A stretch of 64,000 nt of DNA from Octopus sinensis. Its lineage: Eukaryota. Below are positions 37,492 through 51,731 of the stretch, piece after piece; position 1 is the stretch's first letter, and every line of letters begins with the position of its first letter. The notes beneath the pieces were generated by a model, which did no database searches, had not been told where the DNA came from, and worked only from the letters and a program-made list of their open reading frames with translations. Position numbers and translations under genes: made by a program. The stretch spans positions 205,592,001 to 205,656,000 of the forward strand of contig NC_042997.1 of assembly GCF_006345805.1 (NCBI RefSeq), given 5' to 3'.

Positions 37492-37625
37492 TTTGATTAT
37501 ACGATAGGAAGGCAAATTCCGACGGAAAGTGGCCTGGATGTCATCATATTCTGATCCACTTGTGACTGGAACAATTTTAATTAATTCCTTGTCTCCCATT
37601 GATGACCATCTATCAAAGACTGATT
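37492..37625 (-). CDS. PARP catalytic domain, copy B first exon
   Basis: ctttag|(E)SVFDRWSSMGDKELIKIVPVTSGSEYDDIQATFRRNLPSYRIIK|gtttgt. 134 nt, matching the W..M...V...SEY...F..I.K pattern that precedes IERIQN in PARP14-like proteins. Confidence 0.9.
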
Positions 37626-37962
37626 CTAAAGTTCAAACAGAAATCAAATATTTCAGAACAAAAATAAAATTATGAACCCTTTTTCTGTTAAAAGTTTATA
37701 AAAAACAGGAATATTTTGGCAAACTTTGGGGAATAAACAAGGGACACTGAATTACTAATGATTACTATAGTTTAGTAGTAGTAGTAGGAGTGCAGGTGGG
37801 GTTGGGCTGTGGGTGTGGTGAAGAACTCCTTCCAAAGCAGACATTAGAGCACAACACAGTCCTTGCACCGATATCAAACCATCCAACCCATTGCTGGCAT
37901 GGAAAATAGATGTTAAAAGATTATGATGATGATGGCCTCAGATATGTATATATATATGTGTG

Positions 37963-37994
<32 letters not shown>

Positions 37995-38163
37995 TGTATG
38001 CATATAACTAAATGTATGTGAATTTTTTCAATGTGTACAAATAACATGGAAAAAATATATATTTACCAGGGTAGCAAAAATTCACATAAGTACCAAGAAT
38101 GTTACATCCTATTTTTAAAGGTAGAAGTCCCAGGGTTTAGTGAAATGTTTTTGAATGACATAG

Positions 38164-38497
38164 ATAAATTCAGAAATGGAGTTAAATTCAGGTGTTATTC
38201 AAATATTTATACTTCTGACACATGTTTCGAAGAAAACATTGATATTATTCCTTAGGAAATAAAATGATGTAAAACAATGTAATCATCTTGCATTCCCCTT
38301 CATCATATATGCAGTTATCACATTCGGTTAAAATGGCTTATTGATGTGTTTTGTTTCTATTTTCTCCCATGATGTGATGATTACATTGTTTGACATCATT
38401 TTATTCCCTCAGAAATAGTACCAATGTTTCCTTCGAAACATGTCAGAAGTAAAAAGATTTGAATAACACCTGCGCTTAACTCCATTTCTTAATTTAT
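38164..38497. repeat. MITE-like element with ~125-bp inverted arms (duplicated at 51901-52234)
   Basis: 38164-38287 is the approximate reverse complement of 38376-38497. Confidence 0.85.
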
Positions 38498-38508
38498 ATA
38501 CATGCATG

Positions 38509-38544
<36 letters not shown>

Positions 38545-38779
38545 TATATGTATGTATGTATATGCATATATTGTTTGAAGTGATGTACAGTTTTATGTAT
38601 TTAGAAAAAGCTGGTAGTCGGTATTTTGGATATGGCTAAAAATTTCCATACTATCTTTGAAATAATCTTTGTAATTTCGTAAACTAATTATTTAAATTGA
38701 ACCTTCATTATAACTTCTGAAAGCCTTAGTTTTTCTCCTGAAAAGCAAAATAAGCTGTTTTCATCCAATGCAAAAACAT

Positions 38780-39740
38780 TCTACTGAGAAATAGGGAAAA
38801 CCATTCCAGACTCCACTCCCATGGAAGAAGTTGGAACTTTTAGAAAAATATCTGGAGTGATGCATGGAAATAAAGACTGGGTTAGACATACAGAAGGATC
38901 CTACCAAAACTTACCAGAACAAGCATGGTAAGACATCACAATAGCAAAGCTGAGGATAGTGCTCACAAAGGTTCATATGTGGAAATCCCCTGGTAATGAC
39001 AGGGTGCCAAATTTCTGGCTCGCATCACTCCCATGTGCACATGAAAATTAAGTTCAGGCATTGAATGAAATTATGAGTGATCCTATGAAAATACCGATTG
39101 GTTATTCAAGAAGAATAAGAAAGCCAAATTTCCCCAAAACTATTGGCTCATAACATGTCTCTCTAACACATATAAAATTTCAACATCCATCCTTGTGGAG
39201 AACGCATACAAATTAAGGAAACAAAACAATATTTTCCCCCACTGAACAAAAATGGGGGCTGATGAGGCTCATATGGATGCAAAGATGAACTCTTAATCAA
39301 TCACATGATCCTTGAGAACTGTCATAACAAACCCAGAAATCTCAGTGCTGCATGAATTGATTACACAGTGGTCTTTGACAGCATACAGCATTCATGGATC
39401 TTGAAATTGCTTCTTAATTTCTTCTGTGATTTCAAATTTTCTGAAGCACAATATTCAGTGTGAAATACAAATCTCCAATTATACAACTCTGATGGAGTAC
39501 TGACCACAAAAAATTATTAATATCAACTGTGGAATTTTCCAAGGCGACTCACTTTCACCTTCAATTTTCTGCATAGCCCTAATACCCCTTACAAATGAAT
39601 TCAACAGAATAGGGTATGGATATAAGATTGGTGACAAGAAAACAAGTCATCTATTTTATGTGGATGACTTAAAACTCTATGGCAAAGACGATAATGAGCT
39701 TGAAGGACTGCTACATAATGTGAAAGCATTTAGTGATGAC
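38780..39740 (+). mobile_element. R4/Dong-like RLE non-LTR retrotransposon, RT 5' part (duplicated at ~52515-53475)
   Basis: WKSPGNDRVPNFWL, SYGCKDELLINHMIL, GIFQGDSLSP, SHLFYVDDLKLY, VKAFSDD. Contains stops and frameshifts. Confidence 0.85.
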
Positions 39741-42031
39741 AATAACATCCCTCCTCCCCAAACCTAACCCCACATTCCCTTCCCAGTTTTCAGAGTTGGC
39801 ACTGTCAATGTTGGTACACTGAAAGGTAGGTCTAGTGAGATTGTAGAGATGCTAGAAAGACACTTTGATGTATGCTGCATACAAGAGGAAAGATGGAGAG
39901 GAGCTTCAGCTAGGGTCCTCACAGGCAAGGCACATAGGTATAAAGTCTTCTGGCAAGGTAACATGGATGGTGTAGGGGGTATAGGCATACTCCTTGTGGA
40001 TGAATGGGTGGATAAAGTCATAAAGGTTGTTAGGGTGTGCGATAGAGTGCTTAAGCTCAGGCTAGTCCTGCAGAACAGCACAGCTACAATTATCTCTGCC
40101 TACGCCCCTGCAAGTGGCCCTACTAAATGCTCAGAAGGACCATTTTTATGATACCCTTCTACAGGCTACCTCAAAGACGAGTGGCAAAGACCTCATCTTT
40201 GTGGCTGGAGATTTTAATGGGTATGTTGGGCGGGAATCTGTTATGTTCACTGGCGTACATGGGGGCCATGTTATTGGTGATCGGAACGATGAGGGAACTA
40301 GACTATTGGAGTTCTGTGATGCATGTAACCTTTTAATCTGCAACACTAACTTCAGGAAGCCAGACAGCCACCTGATAACCTATCAATTAGGTGACTCTGC
40401 TAGCCAGACTGATTTCATCCTCACCAGATAGCGGGACACAGGGTTGCTCTTATATACAAAGACCCTCCTGGGTAAAGAATGTACCCCACAGCATAGGCTA
40501 GTCCTTAGTGACTTTAGGTTCAAGGCCAGAAGGATACCAAGAAGCAGACCAATCCCAAAAAGAAGGATTTGAAGGCTAAAGAAACCTTCACATGGTCAGA
40601 GATTTAGGGACATCTTCATCAAGAAATTTGAAGAGAGGGAGGAGGAGCTACAGACATCGGACATAGAAGGTAGCAGGAAATTCCTACAGGACAGCTTACT
40701 GAGTGCTACAGACCAAGTCTGAGGATGGTGCAAAGTCCCTTCCAGACCCAGAGTTACGTAGTGGTAGAATAGTACAGTAGACAAAGCCATTAGATCAAAG
40801 AAACAGGCCTGGAAAGCCTGGAGGGATGTGGGTAGCAGGGAACTGTACCAGGTAGCCAAAAGGGAGGCTGGGCAGCAGGTATACATAGCCAAGAGTGAAG
40901 CGGTAAAGAAGAAGTTTGTCAATGTCAAGCAACGTGAGGACCAAAGAACTGAAGTATTTCAGATTGCAAGACAGTATGTGAGAGAAAATTGTGATGTCAC
41001 AGGAGAGAAATGTGTCTGAATGGATGATGGTGCACTTGCTTTTAATGATTTTCAAAAGAAAGAAGCTTGGAAATGCTATTATGAAAGGCTGCTGAATGTG
41101 GAGAATGAAGGGAGGAGGAAAGCCTGCCAAATGTTGACCCAGTAGAGGGACCAGCTATCCGAATAGACAGCTCCCATGTAGATAAAGCAATTAAGGGTAT
41201 GAAGCCAGGAAAAGACCCTAGCCCATTAGGAATCACTGCTGAGAGACTTAAAACATCTGGTGGTGTGGGCTATGGCCTAGTCACCCGCATTGTAAACCAG
41301 GTAGTTCATAACGGAGTCATACCCAATGACTGGTGTAACAGCACCATAGTCAACTTCTATAAAGGTGAAAGTGATGCTTTAGATAGAAATAACTACAGGG
41401 GTATCAAACTGCTGGATCAGGTGATGAAGGTGATAGAGGGGATCATAGCCCATCTCATTAGGGTGAGAGTCTGCTTAGATGAGATACAGTTCGGTTTTGT
41501 TCCAGGCAGAAGCACCACTGATGCCATATTCCTGGTTTGACAACTGCAGGAGAAATACCTAGCTAAAGATAAACCCCTCAACTTAGCTTTCGGGGACTTG
41601 GAGAAAGCCTTTGACAGGGTCCCCCGATCCCTTATCTGGTGGGTGATGTGGAAACTGGAGATTGACGAATGGTTAATAAGGGCTGTACACGCCTTAACCA
41701 GAGATGTTGTTGGTAAGGTTAGGGCTGGCAATGAATATAGTGAAGAATTACGGGTAGAAGTAGGGTTCACCAAGTATCAGCCCTCAGTCCCCTTTTATTC
41801 ATCATAGTCCTCCAGGCAATAACAGGAATTCAAGACAGGTTGCGCCTGGGAGCTCCACTATGCTGACGACCTAGCCCTTGTAGCAGAATCACTATCAGAA
41901 CAAGAGAAGAAATTTCAGGTGTGGAAGCAAGGTTTAGAATTGAAGGGCCTTAGAGTCTACGTTGCAAAAACCAAAGTTCTAGTAAGTAGGAAGGCGAACA
42001 CATCAAACACCCCTTCAGGTAGGTGGCCCTG
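39741..42031 (+). mobile_element. RTE LINE inserted in the R4-like element, cut off at the duplication junction
   Basis: APE motifs CCIQEERWRG and AGDFNGYVG; RT motifs NYRGIKLL, QFGFVPGRSTTDAIF and YADD. Confidence 0.92.
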
Positions 42032-45000
42032 TGAATTTTATTTCCTTTTTCCTTTTATTTTCCTTGTTTACTTTTTTTACACATCAAACACCCCTTCAGG
42101 TGGCCCTGTGAATTTTATTTCCTTTTTCCTTTTATTTTCCTTGTCTACTTTTTTTACACATCAAACACCCCTTCAGGTAGGTGGCCCTGTGAATTTTATT
42201 TCCTTTTTCCTTTTATTTTCCTTGTTTACTTTTTTTTTCTTTTTTCCCCTTTTTTTATATGACTTTGTAAATGGTATAATTTTACACATGGTTGAATATA
42301 CAAGGAAAGAAATAAGACGAAAAACAGATTTGTTTTATGAGACTATGGTAAAAATATTTTAGAATATACAAAACAAAATTTTTCCCTTAATAAAACAACA
42401 GGTTTCGCTGTAGCTTTTCAAATTTTGAGTGTTAGGTGCAATACGAAAGAAGAAATTTTGTTTTTTATGTAACCAAGGTATTTTCAGCAAAGGGTAGGTA
42501 AATTTGTAATTTTTATTTAGTTCTGGCTCATATTTTCTCGAAAAACGAAGCCTCTTTTTATTTAGTTGCAATTGTATAATTTTCAATATGGATTTATATT
42601 CAGTTCTCGCTTATATTTTTTTGTAAAATGATCCCTCTTTATTTAGTCACAATTGTGTTGAGGTCCAAATAGCCCATTGATATAATGGGAAGATTTAGAA
42701 TTGTAGCTGCAGTTGTTCTGCACACATGTCAATGGGTTCGCGGAGATGTATCTGGCAATATTGTGGGGAAGAGATTTGTTGTTTGTGGACTGTACATCTA
42801 CGTCTAAGAGACATTCCTGTGGAACCTATATAGTTTTTTATGGCAGCTCAAGCATCCAATGACATAAATAAGGTTTTTGGAGGCGCAAGAGAAATTGGAT
42901 TTAATTTTGAATTTTTCCCTTGTTTAAAATGGAATTCTCATCCTTCCTAAAGATTGAGAGATGTTCTGCATTTTTTTACTCCTGTGTTTGTTGTTCTTGA
43001 GAATAATGTATGATTTGTGAGGATTTTCTTTTATGTCTTTGATTGTTCATTGCTTTTAATGATCTTATGCATAATCGGAATTTCCTTCAGTTTGGAGCCC
43101 TTATGGAGTATTGGGAGATTTTAAATGCTTCGTTGTTTCTGGGGTTGTGTATGGGTATATAGGTTAGTATTTTTAGAGTAGATGTGCGACTTTTCTTAAT
43201 GTCTTTATGTCAATCAATTTTGCACATTTAATCGCATCACCTATGAGCTGAATTGGGTAATGTCTGTGCATGAGTACATTTTTAAGCTCTTGCAGTCTTA
43301 GTTCTTTGGTATTTTTTCCATCACTATGGTGCAAATCTATCCTGCAGGGTTGAAGGTAATGTTTGTTTTAATATGTCTTGGGTGGCACAAGCTAAATAAT
43401 AGGTATTGTTTAATGTCTGTATTTTTGTAAAATATGTCCCTTTCTATTTTTTATGTATTTTTTAAAACTAGTACGTCTAGGAATGGGAGTTCCTCTTGGT
43501 TGTTTTGCAGTGGGTTTGGAGGTCAGATACATTAAATACACTTGGAAAATCCTGTGGAAAAATAGTATTTCACACCGAGGTACAAATGGGTCTTATACAA
43601 AATATTTACTGCAAATTTTCCTGAAAACTTCAATTTATAAAAAAAATCTCTCTTCCCTTATAGATATTTCTTTTAGTAATTTATACGTTTAGTGTGCTAG
43701 AAGTAGTTATTATCGTAAGACTTTATAGCATTCCATACAGCCATACCAACAAAACCACTTCTTAATTATTTTTGTTGTAAATTATTCTGGTATATTAAAA
43801 TTTTTTTTCATGTTATCAAAAATACAGATCAAAGTTATATACCTACTTTGTGTAATACTATTAATTCATTCAATAAATAATTTTTTTACACTATGTACAT
43901 CGGATAAAGTGGATTTTGCAACAATTTGAAAGGAATTACCATTAATGAAAACAGAGGCAACAGAGTGTAAGAAACAGTTTCAAATGAAAACGGAAAATTT
44001 TGGCTGCAACGAATTGATAGTTTATTTAATCTACTCTGCTGTGAATGAAATTTAAATTTGTGAAGATCTCATAGTTCAAATACTGAATAAACTTCAGAAA
44101 CAAAAATTACAGGAAATTTCTTGGAACATGAATTTATAAAAAATTTCAAGATGTTCAAGCCTTTAATAATAGCTTTCTTACAGTGGCTATTACATACCTA
44201 ATTAATAAGCAGTATTCTTCCTCCTAGCCCCTCTAAATTTCTCTTCACTTTCGACATCCAGAGCCTTTACACAGTGATCCCTCACCACGAGGGGCTGCGT
44301 GCACTCCAACATTTCCTTGACCTTCGACCTAACCCCAACCTGACATATCCACACTCGTTCGTCTGGCCGTACTTGTCCTCTCACTCAACTTCTCGTTTGC
44401 GGGTGATTTTTATCAGCATTTCTCAGGAGTGGCCATGGGAACGAGAACGGGTCCCAACTATGGCTACATTGAGGCCCAAATATTCTCAAGTTTCACTGGT
44501 CCCACTCCCGAACTATGCGGTCGGTATATTGACGACTGCATCGGTGCGACCTTACGCTCCTGCGAACATCTAGACTCCTTCCTCTCTTTTGCCAAATCTT
44601 TCCATCATGCCCTCCATACATCACTCCACTCTCATTACCTCCATGCACTACAAACACACAGATACACACTCATACCTCAACTTCTCCTCCTCCCACCTGA
44701 AACACACTAAGCTTTCCCTCCTCTATTCCCAATTTCTCCATCTACGCAGGCTTTGCAGTGACAACCATGAGACTCAGTGACAACCATGAGACTCAGTCTC
44801 AACTCATGGCTAACCACTTCATTCTACGTGGCTATCCCCTCACTACTATCCACACCGCCCTTGCCAGAGCACGTTCCGTGGACTGTGCATCTGCTCTTTC
44901 CCCCTGCACCCACCCCACCGTCTCCCGTTTCCCCTCACCTATCTCTTAAATGCAACATTCTCCAAGCCTTCCGCTAACTCCATTCTGACCCCTCTATTTC

Positions 45001-46118
45001 GCACATCTTCTCTAACTGACTCTTCCCCTCCTTCAAATGAGCCCACAACCTACGAGACCTCTTGGCCCACAGCTTCTTCCCTAACCCAAACTCCCAACCC
45101 GGCTCGTTCTCCTGCTCCGGCCCACGCTGCCACACTTGCCCTTACATCAACACCACCCTCCTTACCGGCACCCATCATTGACCCTATCATATCACTGACT
45201 CTTTCACCTGCATTTCTAGCAACGTCATCTATTGCTTCTCCTGCTCTATCGGCCCTTCTCTGTACATCAGACAAATGGGACAACGCTTGGATGACCGGTT
45301 CGCAGAACACCTCTGACACACCTGACTCTGCAATGACACCTCGGTCTCGTGCCATTACTGCTCTACAGGTCACTCTTTGCAACACCTGTCTGTTTTCGGA
45401 TTGTCCATCCAGACTTCCGTCTTCTCCGTGAACAGAGATTAATCTCTTTTCGCTCCTTTGCACCACATGGAATCAACTCCTCTCCTCTTCATCTAACTCT
45501 CCTCTCTTCCTCTCACACCTATTTTCTCCCACCCACCTCTCTCTTTCTCTGACTCCTACTTCTCTTCCCTCCTAGCCACATTCTCGTTTCATCGTCACCC
45601 CTCCCTCGTAACCCCAACCTACCCAGTCCAACCCCACCTTCCCTATACATCCCATCCCACCCCTTACACCCACTTACATCCCACATACCCCACCCTCAGC
45701 CTAAACCACACATCACATTACACCACCACGCACACACTAGCACTGTCCACTTCCCAGTACCCTCACCATAATCAACACACCTACACATGCACACGTCAAG
45801 GTCACCAGGCCTCTTCCACACGCACATACATGCTCTCATATACACATTCGTGTGCACCTTCATTTTGGGATCACCACTACTTTATTATCTCCCCTTCTTC
45901 CTAGCTCTACTGTGTGACCCCTCTGTCTGGCATTCGCCATGATTGATCACTAGCCACTACACTTTATTTTCTCTCCCTGTTTCTTTTTGTGTTCCTTTCT
46001 GTGGAAGAGCGTAGGCTCAAAACATTAAAGACTTTCTCACTTTCTGAGAGTTAAACTAAGGCATCAGTTTGTCTATGCCACCTGTCTTCATCTTTTGTCT
46101 TTTTGTAATTCCCCCCCA

Positions 46119-46199
<81 letters not shown>

Positions 46200-47869
46200 T
46201 CAAAATGAGGGTGAAAAAATTGTATATTAATTTAATAACACCAATTTAACACCAGTGGTTTAGCGCATAAAAAACTGAGATTCAGTAAATATTATCAACA
46301 CACATATGAGAGCGAATCCACTAAAGTGGACGTCCTTACGCTAACCACTAAAAATTGTTCTCAAGAAAAACTTACCACACTATGAATGTAAGCGAGCAGG
46401 ACAAATGAAAACTAACAAAAATATAGATTTATATAGATCTATATTTTTGTTATTTTTCATTTGTCCTGCTCACTTACGTTCATAGTGTGCTAAGTTTTTC
46501 TTGAGAACAATTTTTAGTGGTTAGCGTAAGGGCGTCCACTTTAGTGGATTCCCTCTCATATGTGTATTAATATATCATCATCATCATCATCATCATCATC
46601 GTTTAACGTCTGTTCTCCATGCTAGCATGGGTTGAACGGTTCGACCGGGGATCTGGGAAGCCAGAAGGCTGCACCAGGCTCCAGTCTTATCTGGCAATGT
46701 TTCTACAGCTGGATGCCCTTCCTAACGCCAACCACTCCGTGAGTGTAGTGGGTGCTTTTTACGTGCCACCTGCACAGGTGCCAGGCGAGGCTGGTATGTA
46801 TATATATTATGAATATATAAAATATTAGGGAAAAACAAGTATTCCAGGTTATCAGGACATTTACTATTTCACACTTTTCTTATGAAATGTAAAAAGTATA
46901 TTTTATAATATTATTATTATAAATTTGGGATCTTTACCAATACATATGCACCTCCTGTTTCAGGATAACCTCATGGTATGGTATATGCAGAGAAAGATAA
47001 AGCAATTAAAATTATTAAAGCAATTAATGTAACTTACAAGAAAATTAGTTAAATAAATATAACTTAACTGTTATTATTCCCCACAGAATTATAACAAGTA
47101 GTTATATTTATTTAATTTTCTTATAAGTTACATTAATTGCTTTAATAATTATATTTGCTGTATCTTTCTCTGCGTATACCATATCATGAGGTTATCCTGA
47201 AACAGGAGGTGCATATCTATTGGTAAAGATCCCAAATTTGTAATAATAATATACGTATTTTAAATATTTCATAGGGAATACTTACTGTATTGTAAGCTCT
47301 ATTTAGCACAGCAATCATTTCAGCTTACATATGTACTGCTCCTGAGAGGGTGGGGATATGTGTGTGTATTGTACTTTGCAACATGGAAGCTGTACTTCAT
47401 TTGCAAAATGATGCTTTGAGAATTAACCTGCATTTTCCATGATATTACTTGAGAATTCCAAGAAAGATGGTGAAAGTAATGACAAAAGTGTCGTGTATCC
47501 CAATAATATCCCGTATTATACCACCAGGACGTTGGCCATTGTCTGGTGATTTCACTCAAAAATGCTAAATATGAATACTCCACAGGTTTTCCACCAATTT
47601 TCTCTGATAACAGGCATTCAATATGTACCAGTTGGGCTCTACTTGATCATATGGATGGGGTTTTGGTAAGTGTAAAGGAATTTTATTCTTCTTGGAAACA
47701 CATTTCCAAAATCAGTGGACAGTTTCTTCCCAGTCACAAAACCGGTTTATACTTTTTTTTAAAAAATATAATACAAAATAATAAACTTTGACTGGATTTG
47801 AACCTGCAGCCTTCATTTTATTTTAAGCAATAATTACATCTAATGTAACAAAAAAGAAAATGTTAAAAT

Positions 47870-48300
47870 ATATTCAATTGTTTTAGTGTCAAAAATCTGA
47901 ATAATTTTACTGTTACAAATTTGAATAGTTTCACTGTTACAAATTTGAATAATCTTAGTGTTACAAATTTGAATAGTTTCACTGTTACAAAATTGAATAA
48001 TTTTAGTGTTACAAATTTGAATAGTTTCACTGTTACAAATTTGAATAGTTTTACTGTTACAAATTTGAATAGTTTCACTGTTACAAAATTGAATAATTTT
48101 ACTGTTACAAATTTGAATAGTTTCACTGTTACAAATTTGAATAATTTTACTGTTACAAATTTGAATAGTTTCACTGTTACAAATTTGAATAATTTTACTG
48201 TTAAATATTTGAATAGTTTAACTGTGACAAATCTGAATAATTTTCCTGTTACAAATCTGAATAATTTTACAGTTACAAATTTGAACAGCATTAGTTTTAA
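47870..48300 (-). repeat. 24-bp minisatellite 3' of the PARP copy C stop
   Basis: Same unit and about the same number (~17) as in copy B. Confidence 0.95.
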
Positions 48301-48381
48301 AAATTCAAATAGTTTTAAGTGTTATAAAATTGAAGTTTTAGTGTTAAACATTTGAATACTTTTAGAATTACAAATCTCAAC

Positions 48382-48659
48382 TCAAAGTGTTACTGAAGCC
48401 TTAGAGAATGTAATCAAATAATTAGGATATGCTTGAGAGTCATCAAAAGTAACATAAATATCGGGTCTTTGAATATCATCAACAGCAGAATTGTAAGAAC
48501 CATGTAAAACTTTTAATCTACGTTGTCCTTGAATCACTCTTCCCACAAGAACACTGCATTTGTATATTGTCTTTATTTTGTGATGGTCAGGAGTAGAATA
48601 GGTATCATCTGCAGAATATCGGATGCTTTTGGCAAAATAAACACCTTCACCATATGTGC
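48382..48659 (-). CDS. PARP14/15-like catalytic domain, copy C terminal exon
   Basis: As copy B except one silent change (GGG/GGA) and L>S near the C-terminus (KASVTL*). Confidence 0.93.
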
Positions 48660-48679
48660 CTAAGAATGATAAAAACAAA

Positions 48680-48726
<47 letters not shown>

Positions 48727-50660
48727 ACCTTTGAACATTGAGGCTCACTGAAGCAATGACTAGTGACCAGGACCTTTGGAGATATACTGTGATTCAGAAG
48801 ACCAAACAAGCCAAGTGAGACCACAGCCCATGGCCTATGCCAGTGGGTGTAAGCAGCCCACTTATGAATACCCCCTCCCCACTCGTTCATTGGACAATAA
48901 ACTTTGCTTGCAAAGACCTGTTGAGGCAAGTGAAATCAAAATCACTGACGTGGCCGATGACACTACTGCGTGATTGGCACTTGTACCAGTGGAAAATTAA
49001 AAGCACACCGAGCATGATCGTTGCCAGGGCCATATAGTGGCTCCTCTGCTGGTGGCACGTGAAAAACAACATTTGAGCATGGTCGTTGCCAGTGCCACCG
49101 GACTACCTCCAATGAAGGTAGCATGTAAAAATACCTTTGAGCATGGTTGTTGTCAGAACCGCCTGACTGGCCCTCGTGCCAGTGGCATGTAAAAGCACCC
49201 ACTAAACACTCGGAGTGGTTAGCATTAGGAAGGGCATCCAGCTATAGAAACTTTTCCACAACAGAGTGAGCCTGATGCAGCCTCTTGTTCATTAGTTCTC
49301 AGTCAGACCGTCCAACCCATGCTAGCTTGGAAAGTGGATGTTAAACGATGATGATGATGATGATGATGATGATATATATATATATGCTGAACTGGTGGCC
49401 TTCCAAAACTTTGGTGAAGGCTGAGGAAATGGAGTAACTGCTGCTTGCTATATTGACCAAATTTGGAGACCTCACATTGTGCCATACTTTGCCTGTTGTT
49501 GGAATTACATGTTCTGACATAACAATGCCCGTGACCATACTGCCAGGTTGACAACAGGCTTCCTCCAACAACATCAACATCTAGACACTGGCTTCAGTCC
49601 AGACCCAAACCCTATAGAGCACCTGTGGGATGAAACCCCTAAGAAGGCTAAATGACACCCGTCCAAGACCAAAAACTCAGAGACAACTCACTGCAAGTTT
49701 TAACAGAGTGTCAGCTGCTATCCCCATGGCTTTCATCAATCGTTTGGTGCATTCAATGTGCAGAAGATGCCTGGCAGTAATCAACAATAATAGTGGTCAC
49801 ACGAGATATTGAGCTTATCTCTTTGAATCCAGGACATTTTGTCATCACATGACACCATGTGACATCAAACAGGTTTCAGGAAATGATGTTTTATCATTGG
49901 GAGAGCCTGTCCCTTGCAAATATTTACCACTGAACTTGTTTGGGTGGCATTTTGTGAAACCCCACTCTTCTACTCACCCCATATCCATATTCACCATACA
50001 CATCAAAATCTAATTCCAAAAGATGATAAAAGTGTTAGTGAGAGAGGATTGTTTGAGATATCTAAATGGAGTGACCTCTGCTGGTTTATCAGATTTCTGT
50101 ACAGTTATTAAATGTCCCTTAACCAATTTCTAGGCCGTAGCAGACATTGAATATTTCAATGAGAGTTAACAACACTGTATTGATTATCTCAGTATATCTA
50201 TAATTGACAAACTCAGAATGGTGATTGCTAGGCCTGGTGTTCGCTTGTTGATATTTCTGTCCAGTCCTGCAGACTCTCCACTATACCTACTCCTTCTTTC
50301 CCATAACATTACCCCTCTGGAATTCCACCCCTTTTCTTATCTTTCCTGCAATATTTTCATTTACAAAGGTTCAAAGGGAACATTAATGGATGGGGACAGA
50401 CCCTTCCTCCCAATCCAAATAAAAGTGTTGGTTCCACAATAATAAAATACACCTGGTTTACTCTAGAGCAGAAGATGTTAGGAAGGGGACCTGGCAGTAG
50501 AAACGATGCCAAACATGGAATGTATAAGCATCATGGCATCCTCTCTGTGTAAGAAAGGATTCTAAACAGCAATCAATGTGGACAGTGACTGTCCAGCTCA
50601 GGACAATAGGAAGGGTGGGTAGAGGAGACTACTATTGCCACTTTGAGAATATGTACTTAC

Positions 50661-50838
50661 CATTTTTACTACAATATCTACAGTTGAATCCATATCTATT
50701 TATTCTCTCAACACATTCTGCAGTAGTACCATGCCAAAGGCCATCAACTTCATTTGTAATCTTTGGATTTTCTGCCTCAAATTGTTCTTTCAATGCTTTG
50801 TATCTCTGGCATAATGTTTTATTTTGAATTCTCTCAAT
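50661..50838 (-). CDS. PARP catalytic domain, copy C middle exon (HGT)
   Basis: Identical to 36924-37101, with the same splice sites. Confidence 0.93.
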
Positions 50839-51228
50839 CTGTAGAAAGGAAAATACATTTATGAAAAGACAATCAATTCACTTCTTTGACAAGGAAATAA
50901 CGTTTGTGGTGAAAATCCCCAACCCTATCTGTTTTCTTTTTTTCTTTTTTTATTTGATACCAATTTTGATTCGGCTGTAAATTTTGGTAAGGCACAATAG
51001 TTTAGCTGCAAAATGGTGTTGCATTTACAATTCAATGCAAGAAGTTAAAGCAGAGGTATTTTTGCTGAGCAAAGATTTTTTTGTGAATATCCAAAATTGC
51101 ATGGAACCATCCCAAAATAGGTTCATACAATGAGATTTAAGTCTTTTATACAAAGAAAATGTCTCTTAACATTTCTTTTAACAATAAATCATTAAATATT
51201 GTTTATAAACAGAAATAAAAATACAAAC

Positions 51229-51362
51229 TTTGATTATATGATAGGAAGGCAAATTCCGACGGAAAGTGGCCTGGATGTCATCATATTCTGGTCCATTTGT
51301 GACTGGAACAATTTTAATTAATTCCTTGTCTCCCATTGATGACCATCTATCAAAGACTGATT
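51229..51362 (-). CDS. PARP catalytic domain, copy C first exon
   Basis: (E)SVFDRWSSMGDKELIKIVPVTNGPEYDDIQATFRRNLPSYHIIK. Three nucleotide differences from copy B, all non-synonymous. Confidence 0.9.
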
Positions 51363-51699
51363 CTAAAGTTCAAACAGAAATCAAATATTTCAGAACAAAA
51401 ATAAAATTATGAACCCTTTTTCTGTTAAAAGTTTATAAAAAACAGGAATATTTTGGCAAACTTTGGGGAATAAACAAGGGACACTGAATTACTAATGATT
51501 ACTATAGTTTAGTAGTAGTAGTAGGAGTGCAGGTGGGGTTGGGCTGTGGGTGTGGTGAAGAACTCCTTCCAAAGCAGACATTAGAGCACAACACAGTCCT
51601 TGCACCGATATCAAACCATCCAACCCATTGCTGGCATGGAAAATAGATGTTAAAAGATTATGATGATGATGGCCTCAGATATGTATATATATATGTGTG

Positions 51700-51731
<32 letters not shown>

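Larger units (their letters stand above)
28572..42031. repeat. Segmental duplication, unit 1
   Basis: Collinear and near-identical to 42282-55763 (offset ~13.71-13.74 kb). The ORF track is duplicated almost one-to-one. Confidence 0.97.
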
